DNA from: Candidatus Poribacteria bacterium
Lineage (GTDB): Bacteria > Poribacteria > WGA-4E > WGA-3G
Assembly (NCBI GenBank): GCA_965247285.1
Contig: CBDFHD010000003.1
Span: 82,795-146,794 of the forward strand
Direction of reading: 5' to 3'
Length of the DNA stretch: 64,000 nt
Of this stretch, positions 1-10,600 are shown in pieces. Position 1 is the stretch's first letter; each line of letters starts with the position of its first letter. The notes under the pieces were generated by a model. It saw nothing but the letters and a program-made list of their open reading frames with translations. It ran no database searches and was not told the DNA's origin. The position numbers were made by a program, and so were the translations under genes.

Positions 1-416
1 TCTATAACCTGAAACCCAACCTACGGTCTGAAATTCGGTATTGTTCAAAAACGCCGCACCAATTCCATGCTCCAAAAACGCGGTTCATTGACATAACCGG
101 TCAAATTATTGAAGTCAATACCACCAGTGGGAGATATATCGTTAAGGATATTACGCCCTATAAGTGCCACCTCTATGTCGGCGTTTGGGAATAGATATGC
201 AAACCGAAGACCACCCTCCACAGACCGTTGCTCTCCTGATCTCGGCAGCGTGATGCGTTTTGTCGGGTTTCACGACGTTCTACTCAACCTATAGGTTATC
301 CTGCTGATTGCTGACCGCTGACTGCTATTCCGTAAATATTCCTTGACTTTCAATCAGATGTTCATATAATACCCATACAACACTACGTTGCAAATTTCGG
401 ATTTTGGAGATGAACT

Positions 417-1418
417 ATGGCGAAAATACGGATGGCACAATACGGAACCAAACATGGACACGCGCGCGGGAAGTTGCAGGCAATGTTTGTCAATCCTGAC
501 GTTGAGGTCGCAGGTGTATTTGAACCCGATGCACAACAACGCCAGAAACTTCAAGCTAATGGGGGGACATTTGCTGATGTTCACTGGTTCGCGGATGCCG
601 CAGAAATGTTGGACGATGAGACTATCGTAGCAATTGCTTCAGAAGGGAACAATGTCGAGAGTTTGAATCAAACGGAGCAGATTGTAAACGCTGGTAAGCA
701 CGTTTGGTACGACAAGCCTGCTGGTGAAAACTGGCAGCAATGGCAGCGCGTCATTAACACCGCTCAGGAAAAGTCACTACTTGTACAGATGGGCTATATG
801 TTGCGGTATCACTCTGCCTTTAAACAGGTCGCCGAGTGGGTGAAATCTGGGTTCTTAGGTGATGTTTTTTCCGTTCGCGCACACATGTCGACCAATATCT
901 CTCACGAAGCGCGCACGCGCATCAGCGAACACATCGGTGGTATCTTTTTTGATTTGGGTGGACATGTACTCGACCAAGTGCTCTGGCTTCTCGGACGACC
1001 GGAGAAGGTAACCTCTTTCCTCCGAAACGATGCCGATTCAGTCGAGCCTTTCAAAGATAATACCCTAACTGTCTATGAATTTGGGAAAGCGATGGCATTT
1101 ATCTCGATTTCAGCGTTGGAGCCGAGACCGGTTGCGCGTCGATTTGAAGTCTACGGGACCAAGGGGAGTGCTATCATCATTGAGCCGTTTGAACCCGGAT
1201 TGAAGGTTCGACTCTGCTTGGAGGAAGCGAAGGGCGGGTATTCACAAGGTGAACAGGTTGTCGAGATAGCAGGTGAAAGCCGTCAACGCACCTATGAACT
1301 TGAGCTCGACGCGTTTTTAGCGACCATTGCAGGAACACAGCCTCCTGATCGTCCAGTATCACACGAACTGTTGGTACAGGAAACCCTCCTACGAGCCACT
1401 GGTGTTATATCGAGTTGA
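417..1418 (+). CDS. Gfo/Idh/MocA family oxidoreductase
   Basis: N-terminal Rossmann-like region, GKHVWYDKP (EKP-equivalent), DLGGHVLD motif; GGAG RBS upstream. Confidence 0.9.
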   Translation: MAKIRMAQYGTKHGHARGKLQAMFVNPDVEVAGVFEPDAQQRQKLQANGGTFADVHWFADAAEMLDDETIVAIASEGNNVESLNQTEQIVNAGKHVWYDKPAGENWQQWQRVINTAQEKSLLVQMGYMLRYHSAFKQVAEWVKSGFLGDVFSVRAHMSTNISHEARTRISEHIGGIFFDLGGHVLDQVLWLLGRPEKVTSFLRNDADSVEPFKDNTLTVYEFGKAMAFISISALEPRPVARRFEVYGTKGSAIIIEPFEPGLKVRLCLEEAKGGYSQGEQVVEIAGESRQRTYELELDAFLATIAGTQPPDRPVSHELLVQETLLRATGVISS

Positions 1419-1528
1419 CCCAAAATTAAATAGGCGCGCTATGTAAACGCGCCCACCTTCTGTTCTTTCGCTGGCGAGGTTTGGAACCTCGCCTAATCAA
1501 GCGGAATTTGTCGTAGATTGGGTAACAA

Positions 1529-2194
1529 CTAATCTTCCAATCCGCCCGCCCATTTGAGACATCCTGTGATGTGTTCGTGGAACCATTTCTCACTCCAAAG
1601 TGCATCGGGGTGTCCGAGTCCCGTATACATCACGCGTCCTTTTCCGTAGGTATGGCACCAGCCGAGTGCGTAGTCGTGGTCCTCACGGTTACCGCGAGAG
1701 AGATCGATGGAATCGTTGTCCAGACGCATCAGAACCCGTGTTTTGGAGCGATCCCAATCTTTGAACGTGTAGATTTCATCAACGACCTTGAAGCTGCTGC
1801 CCAGCATACGAGTCGCTGGATGGTTCCCGTCTTCCACGATCACGTTCACTTCTTGATGCCACGGGTGTCCGGCGAAATAACCACCGAGCATCTCACCGTA
1901 TTCGGGCCAGTCGTAGCAGGTATCTGTCGCGTTGTGGATGCCGAAGAATGCTTTGCCGTTCCGTACGAAGCTCAACAGTGCCTCTTTTTGAGCGTCATCA
2001 AACGCGAGGTTACCAGTCGTTGCGAATGCGAGAATATCTTGGTTTGCGAGGTTTTCAGCAGTGATTCGGTCGCATCGGTGCGTTGTGGTGACGTTCCAAC
2101 CGTTTGCGGCACCAATCTGTTTCAGTGTGACTTCCGCGTTCGGTAGATACGTGTGCTCAAAGCCAGCGGAATGGCGTAACATCAGAATGTTCAT
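1529..2194 (-). CDS. ThuA-like (trehalose utilisation / class I glutamine amidotransferase-like) domain protein
   Basis: SAGFEH, GIHNATD, GGYFAGHP, DEIY, YGKGRVMYTGLGH motifs; AGGAG RBS supports the ATG at 2194. Confidence 0.85.
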   Translation of the reverse strand: MNILMLRHSAGFEHTYLPNAEVTLKQIGAANGWNVTTTHRCDRITAENLANQDILAFATTGNLAFDDAQKEALLSFVRNGKAFFGIHNATDTCYDWPEYGEMLGGYFAGHPWHQEVNVIVEDGNHPATRMLGSSFKVVDEIYTFKDWDRSKTRVLMRLDNDSIDLSRGNREDHDYALGWCHTYGKGRVMYTGLGHPDALWSEKWFHEHITGCLKWAGGLED

Positions 2195-2241
2195 AAAAAA
2201 CTCCTTTGCAATAGGTCGGTGCGCAAGATTCATAGCAATTA

Positions 2242-2355
2242 TAGTAAAGTCCAAAAATATGTGGACAGTTCGTCAGTGAACAACGACCCCACCGCCGCTG
2301 GCGAGGATTGTATCCTCGCCTCTTTAGAGCGTCCAAGTAATTATAGGCTTTACTA
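2242..2355. mobile_element. 114-bp MITE, family A, copy 1
   Basis: TIR TAGTAAAG...CTTTACTA flanked by TA/TA; internal hairpin GGCGAGGATTGTATCCTCGCC; near-identical copies at 10971 and 49278. Confidence 0.8.
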
Positions 2356-2559
2356 TAATTAGATTGGCAATTCTCTGGTTTCCGAATTAAATTTTGGAAC
2401 TTTATCGGATCACGCGCTTTTTCGTATACATATTATACAAAATTGTCGGAAAAAATGTTAAACTATTTTGTGGTGTGTCGTCACATTTAAACGCTACACA
2501 CTTCCACTGTCGACATTTGCAACCTTATCAAAAAAATTGGATCAATTAGGAGAATAGAT

Positions 2560-3513
2560 ATGAGATTTCTAAAAAAAGGCGAGAAAAAAACGCCAGAACC
2601 CTCCTCAGATACCGCGACGAAAGCCCACCCCGACCTAAAGGTAATTGCGGGTTCACAAATTTCTGGTCGGCAACCCCAACAACCGAAACCACCTCAACAA
2701 CAACCAGAGCAACAAAACATTACATTGCCGAATATCAAGTATAAAATCGCGATCGCCAGTGGAAAGGGGGGGGTCGGGAAATCTACTGTCGCTACCAATC
2801 TCGCGATTTCCTTGGCGAATGCAGGAGCAACAGTCGGTTTGATGGACGCTGATGCATACGGTCCCAGTATCCCAACAATGATGGGCATCCAAGAACAGCC
2901 GCGAACGACCCCAGAACGCAAATTGATGCCGCTCGTCCGTCATAACATTAAACTCATGTCAATCGGGTTTATGGTGCCAGAAGAACAGGCGATGATCTGG
3001 CGCGGACCGATGTTACATAGTGCCATCCGCCAATTTCTCAGCGATGTAGACTGGGGTGAACTCGATTATCTCATCATCGACCTTCCACCGGGGACAGGTG
3101 ATGTCGCCCTCTCTCTAACGCAAGCAATTCCGCTCACCGGTGCGCTCATTGTCACGACCCCACAAGATGTCGCTCTCGCAGATGTCCGACGCGGCGTTGC
3201 CATGTTTGAACGTCTCGGTGTTCCTATCCTCGGCATTATTGAGAACATGAGCTATTTCCTCTGTCCACACTGCAATGAAAAAACAGAGATCTTTAGCGCT
3301 GATGGCGGTAAAAATACCAGCGAACGGTTCGGTGTTGCGTTCTTAGGACAGATTCCGCTTGATGCTGAAGTCTGTATTGCGGGTGACATTGGTGTCCCGA
3401 TTGTCGCTGGACATCCGGAGTCCCCGCAATCCGAAGCATTCGGTGCAGTCGCGGCAGAATTGACAACGATCCTGGAGGAAAGTGGCGAAGAAGATGAATT
3501 GACTATCCTCTAA
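2560..3513 (+). CDS. mrp: Mrp/NBP35 (ApbC) Fe-S cluster carrier ATPase
   Basis: SGKGGVGKST, DADAYGPS, WRGPM, DLPPGTGD, ENMS..CPHC motifs. Confidence 0.95.
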   Translation: MRFLKKGEKKTPEPSSDTATKAHPDLKVIAGSQISGRQPQQPKPPQQQPEQQNITLPNIKYKIAIASGKGGVGKSTVATNLAISLANAGATVGLMDADAYGPSIPTMMGIQEQPRTTPERKLMPLVRHNIKLMSIGFMVPEEQAMIWRGPMLHSAIRQFLSDVDWGELDYLIIDLPPGTGDVALSLTQAIPLTGALIVTTPQDVALADVRRGVAMFERLGVPILGIIENMSYFLCPHCNEKTEIFSADGGKNTSERFGVAFLGQIPLDAEVCIAGDIGVPIVAGHPESPQSEAFGAVAAELTTILEESGEEDELTIL

Positions 3514-3527
3514 GTCTGGACACGAAA

Positions 3528-3776
3528 CAGGGTCATTTATGGTGAATTCTATGAATAAGTAGACACTTCAGTAAGTTGTAGACTCCAAACGCGTCCACCG
3601 CCGCTGGCGAGGTTTGTAACCTCGCCTCTTTAGAACGTCTAAGTAATTGTAGGTTTTATCATAGTTTTCCTGTAGGAGGGATCTCCGAATCCCGATACCC
3701 CGCTGTAGGAGCGACCTCTTGCTCGCTATTTATTCTACAGAACCGACAGAAAGTTTCGGAAAACTGAATACCCCTA
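3528..3776. mobile_element. Composite MITE: family K element holding two GTAG REPs, with an A-type MITE (3540-3661) inserted at TA in its left TIR
   Basis: Ends AGGGTCATTTA[..]TAGTTTT and AAAACTGAATACCCCTA; related inverted copy at 30093-30245. Confidence 0.65.
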
Positions 3777-3900
3777 AACGCGGCAAAAAATCTATTGACG
3801 AATTCTCTATTTCCTGTTACAGTACGCTTAGATTCTCATCCGAAACCGTTAACGCTTCTCATTCGAGTTCTGGAGACACCCTACGCAAGGAGATTATCTC

Positions 3901-5022
3901 ATGGCGAATACAGGTTGGGGAAACATCTACAAAAAACTCGGCGCACGACCCGTCATTAATGCGACTGGCAACCAGACTGTCCGAGGCGGATCCACACCCT
4001 CCGCAACCGTCCGGGACGCAATGCGTCAAGCAGATGAAAGTTACGTCGAAATGGAGGAATTGCTCGAAAAATCGGGGCAATTCATCGCTGAGCAGTTGGG
4101 GGTTGAAGACGCATACATCACTGCTGGGTGCTATGCCGCACTCGTCTTAGCATCGGCAACAGTAATGACCGGAAGCGATCCTGACAAGTGTGCACAACTT
4201 CCAGATACCACCGGACTAAAGGACGAAATCGTTTTTCAGAAGATGCAGCACTACGGCTATGATCGTGCGTTTACGATTCCAGGAAGTAAACTCATATCTG
4301 TAGGAGACGAAAACGGCTGCACCGCTGAGACGTTGAACGATGCAATCGGTGAAAACACAGCCGCAGTCGCATATCTTATCCAACCCGATCAGGGCAACGC
4401 CGTCCCGTTAGCGGAAGCGGTTGGGATTGCACACGCGCACGGTTTACCACTCATTGCCGATGCCGCCTCTCAAATCTATCCGCTTGATTACTTCCGGCGG
4501 AACGCACAGTCTGCGGATCTCGTCTGTTTCGGTGGTAAGTATTTCAATGCACCTCACTCTACAGGATTCGTTTGTGGCAGAAAGGATCTCATTGAAACAG
4601 TACGAACCCACGGTTTCATTGGACCGAGACCCGTTGGGCGCGGTATGAAAGTAGACCGGCAGGAGATTATCGGATTGGTGACCGCTATCGACATCTGGTT
4701 GTCAACGAACCATGAGGTGCGGTCAAAGGAACAGGATGGGAGATACGCTGTCCTCACAGAGGGTCTTGAGAATCTCGACGGTGTATCGTGCGAAGTCCAC
4801 TACCAAGAGAAAAGCCATACACTGTCGAATCTACATGTTGCGTTTGATACTGCCATTAGTGGCAAAGATGCTGCGCAGGTCGCACAGGAATTGGATGTTG
4901 GCACCCCACGTATCAAGGTGAATACGCACGGTAAAGAAACCATCGTGATTAGTGCCTACACCCTCAATGCAGGAGAAGAGGATATCATCGCAAACGCCTT
5001 GCGACATCTCTTGCGTGGATAG
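3901..5022 (+). CDS. SelA/DgaE-like PLP-dependent enzyme
   Basis: RPVINATG, IADAAS, FGGKYF (PLP lysine), GRGMKVDRQEIIGL. Confidence 0.85.
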   Translation: MANTGWGNIYKKLGARPVINATGNQTVRGGSTPSATVRDAMRQADESYVEMEELLEKSGQFIAEQLGVEDAYITAGCYAALVLASATVMTGSDPDKCAQLPDTTGLKDEIVFQKMQHYGYDRAFTIPGSKLISVGDENGCTAETLNDAIGENTAAVAYLIQPDQGNAVPLAEAVGIAHAHGLPLIADAASQIYPLDYFRRNAQSADLVCFGGKYFNAPHSTGFVCGRKDLIETVRTHGFIGPRPVGRGMKVDRQEIIGLVTAIDIWLSTNHEVRSKEQDGRYAVLTEGLENLDGVSCEVHYQEKSHTLSNLHVAFDTAISGKDAAQVAQELDVGTPRIKVNTHGKETIVISAYTLNAGEEDIIANALRHLLRG

Positions 5023-5079
5023 TATTCTTATTTTTATGCACGGTGGCGAACTTTCGGGCTCGTCACCGCCTTGTCGAAA

Positions 5080-5247
5080 TAACCCAAGTTGCCACCCAAG
5101 AGGTCCTATGTATTTGAACATAAGTTTTTCACCCAAAAAACTTATGTTCACACCCCGTAGGGGTGATATGTCTATAGAAAATCGTGTCGCCAAGGCACCG
5201 CACTCCAGCGGAGTGCTATGTCTATAAAAAGGTCGCAACTTGCGTTA
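5080..5247. mobile_element. MITE family M enclosing G-type repeats
   Basis: Inverted ends TAACCCAAGTTGC ... GCAACTTGCGTTA. Confidence 0.55.
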
Positions 5248-5275
5248 TAATAATGCTTTAATTTCAGTCTCATGC

Positions 5276-5707
5276 CTACCAGAGGACGAAGTCTGCCCAC
5301 GGCTTTATCTTAAGCACCCCTAATAAGCAGAACGCAGCCGACCCGCCGAGTGCCCCTTTTGCAGCGGCACCCAATTGAAGCCTCCGCGCTCGCGCTTTGT
5401 AGGCATCAGTATAAATACTAACATATTCCGCCGATTTGCCGAGAAGTCGTTCCGCGGGTGGCACAGGCTGGTAGACATAAGCCCCACCGATAGCAACAAC
5501 ACCGAGCGGAAGATTACCCGCCACTCCCAAGATCCCCCCGGCGGCAAGCCATAATGTTGTATTCACATTATCCTCAGCATCAAATTCAGCGTCCGATTTA
5601 GCGTTAAGGACTACCGTATTCTGTTGTGCTAAACAGCGCATCGGGACGTTTAAACTGAGTCCTAACATCAAAACGACCAAAACGTGAAATAGCAGACCTC
5701 TTTTCAT
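5276..5707 (-). CDS. Hypothetical exported/membrane protein
   Basis: Signal-peptide-like N-terminus, hydrophobic segments, AGGAG RBS. Confidence 0.7.
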   Translation of the reverse strand: MKRGLLFHVLVVLMLGLSLNVPMRCLAQQNTVVLNAKSDAEFDAEDNVNTTLWLAAGGILGVAGNLPLGVVAIGGAYVYQPVPPAERLLGKSAEYVSIYTDAYKARARRLQLGAAAKGALGGSAAFCLLGVLKIKPWADFVLW

Positions 5708-5738
5708 TTCTACTCCTTTTTGAAAAGGTCAAATATCG

Positions 5739-6794
5739 CTACGGCAACTGAATCTCGATAGCGCGGCGTTCCGTTGTCGCTTTACGTGCGGCTTCGATAA
5801 TCGCGAGGTTGTGATACGCCTTCTCCGCAGGCACCGGTAGTGCGGTGTCCGCAGCAAGTGCGTTGAAGGTTTCCGTGAAGTATCGGACATGTCCGCTGGC
5901 ATCGTTCTGCTCAGCCTCGTCGAATGTGGGGAGGTCTAACTCTTTCCAACCATCTGCTCTTGTGAAACGTCGGAGTGCGTCCTTCACATTTTGTCGATGT
6001 CGGACTCGCAGAGAGCCGTTTTCTGCGTGCATCTCGCACCAACCGAAATCTGTAGCAGGCACACACCATGCACCGGAAACCGTAGTGACAGCACCGTTTT
6101 CATGCTCGCAGAGCAACATCGCGATGTCGTCAACGTCAATGTCAAAACGTAGGGTTTGGACCCGTCCTTCAACATAGCGCACTGGGGATCGCATCAGCGT
6201 GCAGACGGAATAGATTTCGTGGTAGCTTGTGTCGATGATACAACCGCCCCCTTTTGCTCTGCTCGCGCGCCATGCGAACGCTGGAGTCGGATGGTCAGCC
6301 GAGAAATCTGTCGGTTTCAGTCCCATGCCGACGCTTCGTCCGAAATGGGATTCACCCAGGGCATCCAGTTCTGACATCGCCGCTCGCATCCCAGCAGTAA
6401 AGATATAGTTATGCACCACCGTATAAGGCACGTTGTTGCGGCGGACTGCCTCCATGATTTTATCCGCCTCTTCTAACGTCGTCGCCATCGGTTTTTCAGA
6501 GATAATGGCAACGCCTGCACCTGCGGCTTCTATTACCTGCTCAGCATGAAATGAGTGCGGTGTGGCAACGGTTACCGCGTCAATTGTTGCGTGTTCCAGC
6601 ATTTCCCGATAATCTGCGTATCGGTTTTCTGTAGGCACATCGAACAGTTCCCCAATCTTTTGCAGATTCTCCGGGACAATATCAGCGAGTGCGGTAACCT
6701 TGACAGTATCTGGGAGGGAACGATAGGCACGGGCATGTGTATTTTGCACAATACCGCCACAGCCAATCAGTCCTAAGCGAATCGGTTTTTTCAT
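5739..6794 (-). CDS. Gfo/Idh/MocA family oxidoreductase
   Basis: GLIGCGGI, ATPH, SEKPMA, GGGCIIDTSYH; AGGAG RBS before the ATG at 6794. Confidence 0.92.
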   Translation of the reverse strand: MKKPIRLGLIGCGGIVQNTHARAYRSLPDTVKVTALADIVPENLQKIGELFDVPTENRYADYREMLEHATIDAVTVATPHSFHAEQVIEAAGAGVAIISEKPMATTLEEADKIMEAVRRNNVPYTVVHNYIFTAGMRAAMSELDALGESHFGRSVGMGLKPTDFSADHPTPAFAWRASRAKGGGCIIDTSYHEIYSVCTLMRSPVRYVEGRVQTLRFDIDVDDIAMLLCEHENGAVTTVSGAWCVPATDFGWCEMHAENGSLRVRHRQNVKDALRRFTRADGWKELDLPTFDEAEQNDASGHVRYFTETFNALAADTALPVPAEKAYHNLAIIEAARKATTERRAIEIQLP

Positions 6795-6831
6795 TGTGTT
6801 TCTCCTTTGTAGAAAGTTTAGCAGTTTTTGG

Positions 6832-7520
6832 CGTAGCTTGCAAGCCAAAACTTGCTGTTGAAGGCGCGATTATGTCAAATTCTTTGCACACCTTGATGTG
6901 TGCATTTATATCTTGTAGGAGGGATCTCCGAATCCCGACCGCTGATGGCTATTCGCGGTAGGTGCGGTTTCTAACCGCACCCGTGTTTGTCTGAACCGCG
7001 GATTATCACAGATAGCGCAGATTTCGCGGATTTTAAGAGTTTTTTGCGTTGTGATTCTTGAATTTTGTAGGGATGGGTGTTTATGCCCTGAGAACTTCGC
7101 TGGCGGGGTTTCACAGTTTGTAGTAGGGCAATTCATTGCCCGTTCATTGGGTTTATAGATACGCAACCTCTCTCCGCCGCTGGCGAGGTTTGTAACCTCG
7201 CCGATTCACCAGACTCGGTATGTACGGTTCCCAACCGCACCAGTGTTTTTCTGAATCGCGGATTATCACAGATGACGCAGATTTCGCGGATTTTAAAGCA
7301 TCGTTAGGATATTATCCCATTAATTTTTTTATCTTTATATGTCCACGCTTCGCGACTTTCCCTTGACTGTTCCAATCAAATGTGCTACTATGTTTTGTTG
7401 GAATATCCCCTTACAGATACTGTTCCTACTTAGGTGTTTTTTATAAAATCCGGTGCGGTTGGGAAACCACACCTACCGCGGTGAAAGACGAGGCGAAGTT
7501 GGAAACCTAACTGGTGGAGA
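6832..7520. repeat. Dense intergenic cluster of GTAG-type REP hairpins plus 9-bp-periodic repeats
   Basis: GTAGCTTGCAAGCCAAAACTTGC, GTAGGAGGGATCTCCGAATCCCG, GTAGGTGCGGTTTCTAACCGCACC, GTAGGGCAATTCATTGCCC, GCTGGCGAGGTTTGTAACCTCGCC; two copies of the CTGAA.CGCGGATTATCACAGAT..CGCAGATTTCGCGGATTTT motif. Confidence 0.75.
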
Positions 7521-7683
7521 ATAGAGCGAACGGGTGTGGTTTGCGTAAGATATTATGTTAAATCTAATTTATCATTCCGTATTTTCACGGAGAAAGAGCA
7601 TTTTGAATCTCAGAAACCCACGTACCGCCTGACATGAGAAAATCCTCCGTGAAGCCTCCGTGAATCGCGAGCAAAACTCGCTC

Positions 7684-10600
7684 CTACAATGCAGGCAGAT
7701 TTCCCACAATTTCCACTGTCTTCAGACTCACAGTGATAACCCGTCCAATCAAATCCACAATATACCGCGGCTGATCCGCACGATTCGGATCGTTCCGAAT
7801 CCCACTCCGTTTATCTATCTTAACGCGATACTGATCCACCACCCACTCCAACGCGGAACGATTGCCTAACCGATAGTCAAACACCTCCACGGGAATACCA
7901 TCCAGCATCAGGAAGTCGTTGTATTTCAATTGTGTTTTGTCTTTGGACAATTTCATCTTCTCAACGCGCCAATCTATCGGCATACCGGGTGTTTCAATGT
8001 ATTTCAGTTCATCATATTTCGGAACGGATTCATAGTTGACGTGGAGGTCTGCTAACGCCGCTCCCGCGTTGGCGAATCCCCAGAAGTCTTCGGCGAAGGG
8101 GATATGAGGTAGGTCGCGCTTGAGATTCGCCTGATACTTTTCGCGGTATTCAGGATGGTGTAAGAGGGCGTAATTATAGTGGAAGATGTCCCATTTGGAG
8201 ATGGTATCATCGCCGTAGTGGGTTCGGAATTCTGCCAATGCCCAATCGGTGATGTTCTCTTGTCGGTTCGTGCCATCTTCATTGTAGGTGTAGAAGGGGA
8301 AACATTGACCATTGCTTACGAGTTGGACATCTGGAATCACATCAGCTATTAAAGATTGAAAAGTTTTGTTACTTCCTATGCCGCTGACGCAAATCACTCG
8401 GTTCTCCGATTCTGCTATTGGTGTTGGAAAAATAGAGGGGAACACATGCACATCATTGTTTATTGTGCGGTCAAAATAAAGATTTAATTTCGTAAACGGG
8501 CGATAGAGAGATGTTTTCACTTTGCGTTCCGTATATTCAACAATTACCCCTCGATTTAACTTTACCTTTAGGTCCCGACTCCAACTAATTTTTGTGTCAT
8601 CATATAGTACGAAAGCATCAACGTTGGTTTCCGTCCGATCTCCCCGCCGTTTCCACCGATCTACCTCCGCGTTGTAGGTCTCACTCATTCGCTGAATGTT
8701 CTCCGTGAGGGCACCTCGGTTGAAGTTATAAGCCCAGGCATCACGGTTAGTTTTAATACCCGGACTATAGGTTTTGAAAATAACATCTACCGCTATTCCT
8801 TTCGTCGTCTTCGCTTTTTTGCTACCCATTGGAATAAAGGTATCAAACTCGGTGTGAAGATCTTCTGTCAACCAAGTGTGCTTTGCATCAATCGTCGTTT
8901 GTTTCATCGGAACGTTTGTATAGTCACCAAAGTCGGTTAAAAGTTGCTGCTTCTCGATCGCCTTCAGATAGTCGTTGACAGAATAAATCCAAACCTCAGT
9001 AGGTTCAGGTGTTGCCTTTGCTTTTTTGATGAAAAGGGTAATTCCAACCCCAACCCGAATCTGGTCGTCGAAGACATTGCCTCCTTCTTTTCGTCGGCGT
9101 TCACCAGAAGTCCGCGCATTCCCCTTGAGGTTAATGTGATGAATTTTGGTGAAATCCTGTGCGAGGTGTTTTCGCATCCCATCAAATGCGATACCGTCCA
9201 GAAAACTGTTGTTTGTTACAAATGCAACAATACCTTCCTTACCAATTCGTTTTGATGCCCACAGTATCGCTTTCACATACGGATCCGAGAGAGCGATTTT
9301 GTTCGTTGCTTTTGAGTCTTGCGAATATGTCTCCCGCAACAGTGTGTCCATTGCCTTGTACTTCCGATTTTTGTTGTTGTCATTTTGGTTAACTTGCTTC
9401 GCGTTGTAGGGCGGGTTCCCGATAACGACGAACATATCTGCCACCTTCTGTCGCTCCACGCGTTCTGTGTTTTCCTGTGTGAACATAATATGCTGCTGCT
9501 GTCCTTCAAACAACTCAAACGTGTCCGCAAGTGCGATCCCTTCAAACGGTAGATACGTCCCCGTCCGTTGGAAGAACTCCTGCTCGATGTTCAGACTGGC
9601 GATGTAGTAGGGTAGGAGCATCACCTCGTTGCAATGCAACTCGTGGCGGTATTTCGCCTCCAACGCCGTGCCTTGGATGTCCTGCATGAGGTGGACGATG
9701 AAGTTGCCCGTCCCGACGAACGGATCGATGATATGAACGCCGATATCCGATAGCGACCGACCAAACTCGGTTTCCAAGATGTGTTCAACGCTTCTCACCA
9801 TGAAATCGACGATCGGTTGTGGCGTGTAGACGATGCCGTGTGTGTCCGCCACATCCTCGGAGAACCCCTGAAAGAACTTCTCGTAAAACGTATTGAGGAA
9901 GTGCTGTTTTTGGGTGAAGTCTTTGCAGAGCATTGCGGCTTGTTCAATCGCGACATAGAACCGGTCTAACGGTTTGAGAAACTCCTCGCGACTGAACGCC
10001 TGCCGGATGAGTTCATCGACGACGTTTTCAATCTCACGTGCGATAATGTTTCGGCGGGTGAAGGCGGAGTTATTAAAGACGGTGCGGAAGATGCGTTCGG
10101 TGAGGATATGTTGGATGAGCATCTCCTCGACGGCATCCTGTGAGAGTTCGGGGTTGATGGAGGTGCGGCAGATTTCGTAGAAATCGGTGAACGCCTTTTT
10201 GAAGGCTGGGTCGGTTTCGTGGCGTTGCTCAATGAGTTCTTTTAGTTTGTTTGCGAGGTCGGGTACATGTTCTCTGAAGTCGGTGACAGCGGTCTGCCAG
10301 TTTTCGAGCGCGGGTGGGACGTAAGCGAATAGGTATTGGAGTGCCGCAATTAAGTTTGCGGGTTCGGTGATGTCGAGATCAAGTGCCTCACGTCCGTTTT
10401 GATACAGGATGGCGCGTTGTGGGGTTTGGAAGAGGATATTGTCGAGCGGGTAGCCAGCCTCGCGTTTCTCCTGCACGGATATTGAGAGGTCGTCGTCTAT
10501 ATCCTTCGCTTCCCAGTAGGCGAAAGGGAGTCCATATTCATCGAGTATCACACCGTCGAGGACGATACGGTTGCCCGATGGCGCGCGCATAGCGAACTGA

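Noticed and set aside
2560-2730. Q/P-rich N-terminus of Mrp as a novel domain
   Set aside because: Looks like a low-complexity linker; variable N-termini are common in this family
3901-5022. Selenocysteine synthase selA
   Set aside because: Short, lacks the SelA N-terminal domain, and has no selB/selC/selD nearby; better a SelA-like PLP enzyme
6795-6848. Extended N-terminus of the Gfo/Idh/MocA gene
   Set aside because: Begins within a REP; the AGGAG RBS supports 6794. The same reasoning applies to extensions at 2254, 23686, 25786, 31651, 33373, 36747, 48320, 59464, 61917 and 62425
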